DNA from: Octopus sinensis
Lineage: Eukaryota
DNA: 64,000 nucleotides
NCBI RefSeq assembly: GCF_006345805.1
Contig: NC_043012.1
Coordinates: forward strand, 30,814,001-30,878,000
Reading direction: 5' to 3'
How positions within the stretch are numbered: the first letter of the stretch is position 1; each line of letters begins with the position of its first letter. Under the pieces are notes generated by a model, which searched no databases, was not told the origin of the DNA, and saw only the letters and a program-made list of their open reading frames with translations. The translations under genes were made by a program, and so were the position numbers. Below are positions 55,006-64,000 of the stretch, one piece after another.

Positions 55006-56790
55006 TAATAATAAAGCATTAAAAAAATTTTTTTCATTTAAAAATTAAAAAAAATATCTTTTAAATTAAAAAAAAAACCTATATAGTTATTTATTTCTAT
55101 TTGATTATTTATCTGTGTATTTTATGTATTATGTTTTCGGTTTTGTTTATATTGTAACCAGTTTATGGGGATCCTCTTCTGTCATATGTTGTGGTGTGTG
55201 CTAGTGTTCCATTCCAGTTTCCTATTCAAGCTAGGTTTATCTTCTATTATGTGTGTAGCTTCCGTAATTTGTCTGATTGTTGCATCTGTTCTATGTGTGG
55301 ACAAGATTTTAAGCTCTATGTTGTTGATTGATACCCCGTGTTCCTGCTCGGCGTGTTGGTACAGAATCGGTGAGCTCTTTCCTTCCTTAATTTCTCTCCG
55401 ATGTTCATTTACCCGCTCTCCTATGCTTCTTGCCGTTTCCCCTACGTATGTCGTTGTCTTGTTACTGCATCGTCCCTCTATACATCTTATACTATAGACT
55501 ACATTTCTGGCTTTACAGTTTGTTTGTGGGCTAAATCTACACACAGTACAGTACCTATCCGTACAGGGTTCTACTAAAAGGGTAGGTTCTACCGATTATG
55601 GATTTGATAGGGTTGCCTGGCTTTTCAACCACCTTAATCCTTAGCTTAAGTTTGTCTAGGGTCCTTCTAAAGCGGTACGCCAGTTCACCTTTAGGAGTGG
55701 TGTCAACGAACATGACACTCTGGTATTTATGGCTATCATACCAAGAGTTGGCCTTCCCTATTTTCTTCTTTGTCCTTTCTATAGTGTTCCATGACTTGCT
55801 CCTATAGAGTGGGTAAATCCCATTCCTATCATTACATAATATATTATCAAATTTCTTCATGGCTCCTTTGTATACTCTGATACTTTCTTTATGGCTGTAA
55901 CCTGAGAACTGCATGCGGTGAATGAAATGTTGTATGTGTCTCTTTAACTCTGTAGGCTCGCACATGCGGGACACATTTCGCATTATTCTGACGAGGTCTG
56001 CCATCAAAATATTGAATTTGGCATTGTCCGCAATGGCTGAGTTCCGGTGGATCAAGTATTTGGAGGCCATAGGTTTGGCATAGTACGAATGAAGTATTTG
56101 GGTTTTATTATTCACAGTTTCTAGCCAGAGTTCTGTGTCTAGTACTGGTATTCTATGGTTGGGGTGTTTAGTGGGGTAGTCTATTGTGACCTTAATACTC
56201 TGGTGGATGGAGTTAGCTATTTGCTGGATGCTCTCCATAGTATTAGTTTCTATTTCTATTTCAACAGTACTCTCTTGTGGAGATGCCTTTACCACTATGT
56301 AGATATCATCAACATAGCGAGAGTACATGTTTACGAGTATGGAGTTCTATGTTAGGCGTTCTTTAAGCCTTCTGTCCCACCATAATATGAAAAGGTTGGC
56401 CACATCACTAGCGATACTAACGCCGATGGCTGCCCCCCTCGTCCTGGGCATATATTTTATTGTTAAACTTAAACGTGTGGCCTTTTAGGGTAACTCTTAT
56501 ACTAGCTCCTAGAGCTACACATAATAGAAGATAAACCTAGCCTGAATAGGAAACTGGAATGGAACACTAGCACACACCACAACATATGACAGAAGAGCAC
56601 CCCCATAAACTTGTTACAATATAAACAAAACCGAAAACATAATGAATAAAATACACAGATAAATAAATAAATAGAAATAAATAACTATATAGGTTCTTTT
56701 TAAATTTAAAATATCTTTTTTATATTTTAATTTTTTAAATTAAAATATTTTTTAAATGTTGTATTATTATTATTATTACTATTATTGTTG

Positions 56791-56824
<34 letters not shown>

Positions 56825-57283
56825 TAGTATCGTTGTTATACATACATACAAGCATATGTAATAATAATAATATAATAATAATAATAATAATATAATAATA
56901 ATAATAATAATAATTAGTGGATGTAAACATGAACAAAATAAAAAAAAAGAATAAACAAAAACAAAAGCAAATTACACGAACGTATATAAACAGAAGATAT
57001 AAATATTACAAGCATTACCCTCCACACACATACACATTAACTAAACATGGACGCACATTGAGATATACACATGCGCAAATGAAGACACATACAATAGAAA
57101 TACAAAATGGCTGACGGTTAGTAAAGAGAAACAAAAATAAAAAAGAAAAAAGCAACTTTGGCCGAAATAAGATTAAGATTAATGTAAAAAATAAATAACA
57201 CTGAAGCAAAGTAACACCAAATATATAGTGCGTGTGTCTTTATTGGCTAAACTGACAAAATGACCATTCCGAAATACAACAAT
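54440..57283 (-). mobile_element. Penelope-like element, 5'-truncated, with inverted pseudo-LTR
   Basis: RT motifs AIGVSIASDVANLF and RYVDDI (55555-56510); GIY-YIG NVVYSIRC..YVGETARSIGERVNEH (55182-55544); 54483-55260 is inverted at 56513-57283. Confidence 0.95.
54609..54648 (-). ncRNA. Minimal hammerhead-like motif in the PLE 3' pLTR (variant core)
   Basis: Minus strand: CCA-CTGATGCG-GTCAC-AGGAGT-GTGAC-GAAA-GAAC-TC-TGG; same strand as the PLE ORF. Confidence 0.6.
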
Positions 57284-57655
57284 ATATATACATACATATA
57301 TAAATATATATACATACATAGATACGTACATACATACATACATACATACATAGATACATACATACATACATACATACATACATACGTACATACATACATA
57401 TATGTACGTACCTACATCTATATGTATATATACATATAGATGTAGGTACGTACATATATGTATGTATATATGCATATGTTTTATTTATTATTTTGTTATA
57501 TATATATATATGTACATACATACATATATACATACATACTTATATACATACATATATATATATATATATATATGTACATACATACATATATACATACATA
57601 TATATATATATATGTACATACATATATCTATATACATACATATACATACATACAT

Positions 57656-57738
<83 letters not shown>

Positions 57739-57774
57739 TTACTTGGAAGAGGATGCGTGGCGTTTCGTCGTATA

Positions 57775-57916
57775 ATAACAAAATAATAAATAAAACATAT
57801 GCATATATACATACATATATGTACGTACCTACATCTATATGTATATATACATATAGATGTAGGTACGTACATATATGTATGTATATATGCATATGTTTTA
57901 TTTATTATTTTGTTAT
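57775..57916. repeat. Perfect 142-bp palindrome; partial copy at ~57390-57499
   Basis: Checked block by block around the centre GTATA|TATAC (57845/57846); no mismatch or spacer. Confidence 0.95.
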
Positions 57917-58237
57917 ATATATATATATTTACATACATACATACATAAAAATATATATAATGTATATGCATACATATTTTGTATGTGTATATACGTAATG
58001 CATATGTAAAATATAAGCAAAATACATACATGCATTGGTACATCCGTATGTATGTCGGCAGGTTTGCTCTTAAGTAAATATCTATGTTTATGTGTATATG
58101 TCTGTATATGCGTAAGAAGCTTGCTTCCCAACTACATGGTTCTGGCTTCTTATCCTGTAACCACAGATCGATCAAAGCCTTGAGTGGAATTGGCTGACGG
58201 AAACTAAATGAAGCCCGTCGTATATATATGTTTGTAT

Positions 58238-58285
<48 letters not shown>

Positions 58286-58287
<2 letters not shown>

Positions 58288-58600
58288 AGGCGCAATGGCC
58301 CAGTGGTTAGGACGGCGGATTCACGGTGATGGGATCGCTGTTTCGATTCCCAGACCTGTTCGAGTGTTCGAGAGAAAACACCTAAAGCTCCACGAAGCTC
58401 CGACAGGGGATGGTGGCGAACCCTGCTGTACTCTTTCCCCACAACTTTTTTCTCACTCTTCCTTCCTGTTTCGCTTGTACCTGTATTTCAAAGGGCCAGC
58501 CTTGTCACACACTATGTCACGCTGGGTACACGTTAAGTGTACACGTGTCTGTGGAGTGCTCAGCCACTTACACATTAATTTCAACTGGTACTCTCGTCGT
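58286..58600 (+). mobile_element. tRNA-derived SINE (family C)
   Basis: A-box TGGCCCAGTGG and B-box-like TTCGATTCC, directly after (GT)n. Confidence 0.7.
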
Positions 58601-58916
58601 CGTAGCCGACGGAGTGCCACAGTTATACATATGTGTGTGTATGTGTGTGTGTGTGTGTGTGTATTTGTACCCCACCCTTATTGCTTGACCACCGGTGCTG
58701 GTGTGTTTACGTCCTACTAACAAAAGAGAGCGATAGAATAATTACTAGGCTTTAAAAAATAAGTCCCAGGGTCGATTTGTTCGACTAAAACCCTTCAAGA
58801 AGCTGCACACACGCTTAATCTATCTGTTTATCTATTCAACCTCCGCCTCTATACATACATATAGTGTGTGCGTATATATATATGTATACGCATATATATA
58901 CATAAAAGCGTATCTA

Positions 58917-58953
<37 letters not shown>

Positions 58954-58958
58954 CTATG

Positions 58959-58997
<39 letters not shown>

Positions 58998-59015
58998 TGT
59001 GTGTGTATGTATGTT

Positions 59016-59061
<46 letters not shown>

Positions 59062-59746
59062 GTGTGTGTGTATGTATATATATATATTTATATATATATG
59101 TGTGTGTGTGTGTGTATTTGTATATATATATGCTCACACATGTATATAGTCTTTGGAGAAAGCTAAACTACATAAAAACTGGCTTTTAGAAATAGATTAT
59201 ATTTCACAGAAAAGAATAAATAAATAAATGAAGAATCACTAAAAGTGTAAATAAAGACGGAAAACAACAATAAAAAAAGGAAGTTCTAGAAATGAAATTA
59301 AAGAAATCACTAAACATGCAAAAATATGTCTGTATTTATTGTTGTTGTTGCAAAGCAGAGGTCAGATGTGCTCCAGCTGGTCTACGATCAAATAACTTTC
59401 GGAGTCTTTTACTGAGTCAAATTGCATCTGGGACTTCAACTTCTGATTTCTTTCATCTTTTTAATACGAGACATTACGATGTGATTCGAGGGAGATTTCA
59501 GGTAGATTTGGCTGTTATTTCTAACTAATATGTGATAAAATAAACTCGTGTGTGTGTGCAAGTATATCTTTTATCCTTTACTTTTTTAGTCATTTGACTG
59601 CGGCCGTGCTGTAGCACCACCTTGGATTTTAGAATGGACCATTGTACTTTTATTTTTAAAATTTAGTACTTATACTGTCGACCACTTTTGCCGAAACGCT
59701 AAGTTACAGGACGTAAACACACCGGTTTCAAGGGGTGTGACACACA

Positions 59747-59797
<51 letters not shown>

Positions 59798-60099
59798 CAC
59801 ACACACACACACTCACACACACGCATGGCGGGCTTCTTTCAGTTTATTCTATAAAATTAACTCACAAGGTTTCGTCAGCCCACGGCTGCAGCAGAATACA
59901 CTCGCCTAAGGTAACACGCAGTGAGACTGAACCCAGAGTCAAGTGGCAGCTAAGCAAGCTTCTTACCACACAGCCACGCTTTGTGTGTATATGTATCTAT
60001 GTGCACACACATATTCTACACTCGCATAAATGTAGACTCCTATTTCCAATAGCATTGTCAGTCTTTGTGGAGAAGTTGCATAAAATTCTGTAATTATTA

Positions 60100-61133
60100 T
60101 TCCCTACCGCAGGCTCTGATTGTGTTCGTACCCCTTTGCTCTCATTTTATCCACGCCCTTGTCTCACATTACTATGCACTCTTTTACTGACACAATCATG
60201 GATGTGCTTTTATTCCTTTCATGCTGGCTTACTACTTAAATGTAGCAAAATTTGGCGAATACCTTCGTCCTCTTTTCTACAGATTCTGCGTTGGCTCTCA
60301 GACTGAGTCCTATCAATCTTTGTCTTTATCAAATTATTTCTAATGGATCGTTCCCGTGCAGCAATAATTAGCAGTTGAATTTCTCGTTTGCGGTTTCCAT
60401 GTCAGCCACAACTAGCGATCTTCATTTCCATTATTTTCGGGTTTTTTCTCTTTTTTTTTGCATGAATTGCCCCTTCACTTCATACTCTTTCCACTTATTT
60501 GTCCTGTCACCTTTCTGTTCTTGAACTATCCTACTAATTCAGTGCAGTTTTGGATATTTTTGGCTGGAAACGGTATTGTTTTGTTGTTTTTTTTCCACTA
60601 CGCACAACACGGTATTTTTTAAACACCAGATCGCAGTATTAACGGTGTCTTCTGCGCTTAAACTGCTTCCCTCATGTCTTGGCAGGTGGAGCCTGTCAAT
60701 ATTACTTTTAGGGTGGAGTGTGTCGTGCGTTGTGAACCGATTCTTAGTTCTTCTCCCTAATTCTTGGAGCTCTGTCATTCTCCATTTTATACAAAGAGCA
60801 GACTATCTCAGATCTATTTTGGCCAATCCATCGAATGTCTTGTTAACATGACATCCAGTTATATTTATTCCAAGTACCTTCCTAATCCTTCTATTGTACT
60901 CTTTGGGGGTCTTTCTAATTTCTCTTTCCATTACCTTATCGCTCTGTGATCTAATATCATCACGGGATATCTTTATATCATCAAAGTTAACTTTTCGATT
61001 TCCTTTCATAATTAACCTTACACAATCATGACCTTCAAAGTACATACCGCTTCCCTTGCTAAACGTTCTTACTCTTTGGACAGGAGAATTCAGGTCCAGT
61101 AAGGGATTTCGTTTTTTATACGGTTTCTGGTCA

Positions 61134-61135
<2 letters not shown>
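60100..61135 (-). mobile_element. R4/Dong-type LINE RT-to-RLE region, decayed
   Basis: ELGRRTKNRFTTHDTLHPKSNIDRLHLPRHEG and EYNRRIRKVL in minus-strand ORFs. Confidence 0.65.
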
Positions 61136-61192
<57 letters not shown>

Positions 61193-61654
61193 GTTGACCA
61201 TTTAACATACTACTGTCATGGAACTCCTACACTCTTCTTCTTATTCTTCTTCTTCTCTCCCCTCCTCCTCCTCCTCCTCCTCCTCCCCTACCAGAATTCA
61301 CAACGACCTCGAACCCACAAGAGTAAACAAGAGAGACAGAGATAGGCAGAAACAAGGAAAATGCCACTTGTATTTGAACACGATGCAAATATTCTTTTAA
61401 AAAAGCTTTTCTTTTCATTTTTCAAAAATTTAATTGTCTTCCATACTTAGAGTTGAAAAAGTCTCAATGACTGGAACCGGCACTGAAATGTTTTTTATAA
61501 AATTATTTTAGTATTTTCTATCTTGACATTTTTCCGTATATATATATATATATATATAACAAGGAATTTATTATCACTCCCCTCACCTTTTTTTTTAGAA
61601 AGCTCATAGGCAGACCTGGATTTTCTCAATACAGTTCTTAGAAAAGATTAAGGC

Positions 61655-61719
<65 letters not shown>

Positions 61720-61720
<1 letters not shown>

Positions 61721-62167
61721 TTGACTTTTGCTTTATGTCTGTACAAGTTGGCTCCAAGTCTCACCCAGAGACCTCAAGAGACAACAGGTTGGAAGTTCAC
61801 GTTGTTGTTATGAATAGTGTGCCATATATTTGGGGGGTTTTTTGGTGTTGTACTAGTGAATGTCTAATACATAAATTAAAAAAAAATGTTTGTTTTAAAC
61901 CTTGGGATTACATAGAGAGTATTTTGCGTAGGATATGAGCAGTTCCCATGAGCACTATCTTTTGAATTTCTGCCATTTTGGGGTTTCCTGGTATCTGAGT
62001 TAAGTAGCAATCAGCCCCTTTCGCTAATATTCCCAGGGCACCTATGACAACAGGTATTGTTTTAGTCTTTAGGTTCCACATTTTGCTGATTTCTATTTCA
62101 AGATCTTTATATTTACTCAGTTTTTGGTAGGTCTTGACAGATACGTTTATATCGATTGGGACAGTCA

Positions 62168-62169
<2 letters not shown>
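61720..62169 (-). mobile_element. R4/Dong-type RLE LINE 3' end in (TAA)n
   Basis: MTVPIDINVSVKTYQKLSKYKDLEIEISKMW...ILRKILSM*; flanked by (TTA)n; same family as 30617-31020. Confidence 0.85.
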
Positions 62170-62210
<41 letters not shown>

Positions 62211-63022
62211 GTCGTTGTTGTTGTAGACCGATTCTGTGATAATGAAAAAAAAGTGATGTGTTGACATCAACGATATTTCGTTACTCAAACTTTTAGAATC
62301 GATATTCTGTACCTGAAGAGAACTTCTTGAAGTGGATGGAAACGTAGCCGTAGAGGTGGAAGAAAGAGATGAAGGAAGGAAAGAAACAAACAAGGAAGGA
62401 AATATATATATATATATACAGAGAGAGAGAGAGAGAGAGAGAGAAATAAAGGAAGATATGAAATGAAGAGAGAAGAGGAAGAAGCGGGTGTGTTTGTTTC
62501 GAAAGGTATAAAAATGTTTTTGGTTTTGATGTCCAAGAGGAGAGATTTGATACGCGAATGGATCGTGTATCAAGTATTAAGAATAAGATGTGGTCGGGGA
62601 GGAGTGAGGATGAGTGTGGTATAAAGAGAGTGGGAGTGAAGGTGTTGAGTATGAGGAACTTGAAGTGTGATGTATTGAGTAGTGTGACTGGAATGTGGAG
62701 TGTAAAGAGTAAGGAATGTTAAGTGAGGCGTATTGAGTGGAGTGAGGGAGAGTGTGGTATCAAAGTGGGGAGAGAGTGTGAGTATAGTGCGTGAAAAAGA
62801 ATGTGGGTGGGGTGTCTTAAGTAGGACTGACAAGTGAAGTATAGCATGTGAATTATGAGGAGTAATGCGATGAGAGTGGAGCTTAAGAGAGTGAAGTGCA
62901 GAGTGTGGGGTGAAGGTAAAGAGAGTGGGGTCCGGAATATGGTGAGCAAAGCTGCTGCAGACAGACCTAGCCCTAACGAGAACAGCATGGAACTACGGTG
63001 TCTGTGCAACAGGCAGACTTAC

Positions 63023-63058
63023 CAGCATCAAAGGGAAAAAAGGTATTCTGTCGGCCAT
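63023..63058 (-). CDS. Candidate first coding exon (MADRIPFFPLML), unverified
   Basis: ACTATGG start context, 12 codons, then CTG|GTAAGT consensus donor (phase 0), in non-repetitive sequence. Confidence 0.3.
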
Positions 63059-63423
63059 AGTTGTTAGTGATATCACTGTAGCAAATAGTTGGATCAAGAG
63101 TTGTTATGACGACGCCATCACCCTGCTGTTCATTCTGCTGCTACTGCTGCTGCTGCTGCTGCTGCTGAAGACATCCTAGATTCAACGGTACCGTCTAAAA
63201 ATCTCTCTGTGTGTAGCAGCTATATTCGCATTACATCACCACCATCCCCGTCACCGCCACCGCTATCACCTTTACTAACTTCAACAACACTGTCGTCAAA
63301 AAGGAGCAGCGAAATGCTAGAAATACTAGTAACAGCTCTCGTAAATAGCTCCCTGCAAGGTTTAAAACAGAAAGATGCCATTGAATGATATATTCTCAAA
63401 AATAGTATGTCTGAAATTATATA

Positions 63424-63564
63424 TAAGGTTGTCCCAAAAGTTCGTAGAAATCCTTGGAAAATAATGGTCTTTATTTTGAGGAATAATTTTTGTTGTTTTT
63501 GTTAGTACTTGGCGAGTAAAAATTCAATTTTCGCAAGTGTTTACGAACTTTTGGGACAACCTAA
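63424..63564. mobile_element. Mariner-type MITE (141 bp)
   Basis: TIRs AGGTTGTCCCAAAAGTTCGTA / TACGAACTTTTGGGACAACCT with TA on both flanks. Confidence 0.85.
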
Positions 63565-63729
63565 TAGATAGCAAAGTCATGGCTGGAACGACTTTGGCCA
63601 CAAGTTTGCCTGATTTACTTAGATCGGCTGTGACTCGACGTTCTAAATTCAACAACACAAGAAATCGTACAGAGAAAACGAAGAGGACACGTTGACAACA
63701 TGCGTGACCAGTTATTTCTCTCAGCTCAT

Positions 63730-63764
<35 letters not shown>

Positions 63765-64000
63765 ATACACACACACACATACTCATATATTGGTATACGC
63801 ACGCAATATGAATTACATGTACATTCTTAATGCGATCCGGCTGAGTCGAATGGGAATGTATTAATCGTTGTTGTATTTTGTCATTAGAGAACAACCTCTT
63901 TCAGTGCAAACTCGATTCGTTTGCTTAAGGAGTCTTTGGAACAGTCAGTGTTTCGATGTCGTTTTGTCGCCTCAGTCAGAGCCATCGAGGAAATAATGAA

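Noticed and set aside
61908-62573. 221-aa minus-strand ORF
   Set aside because: Chance fusion of simple repeats with a Dong RLE tail.

Overview
AT-rich, repeat-dominated eukaryotic DNA with dense (TA)n, (CA)n, (TATG)n, (AG)n and (TAA)n microsatellites. The SINE families and repeat landscape suggest an octopod cephalopod (inference). There is no confidently identifiable host gene, and almost all ORF-track entries are microsatellite translations. Real coding remnants are transposon-derived: Penelope-like elements (PLE; RT and GIY-YIG), an RTE LINE, a CR1-type LINE, R4/Dong-type RLE LINE 3' ends, Tc1/mariner elements and MITEs. There are also tRNA-derived SINEs, two Helitron-like elements and a probable solo LTR. 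The most notable signal is a set of eight minimal type-I hammerhead ribozyme (HHR) motifs, two clean and six variant or degenerate. They sit in PLE 3' regions or in short non-coding cassettes in (TA)n tracts. In five elements an inverted copy of the element's own sequence lies on the 5' side of the sense strand. Two weak candidate minus-strand exons could together encode a signal peptide. All calls were made by eye and most boundaries are approximate.
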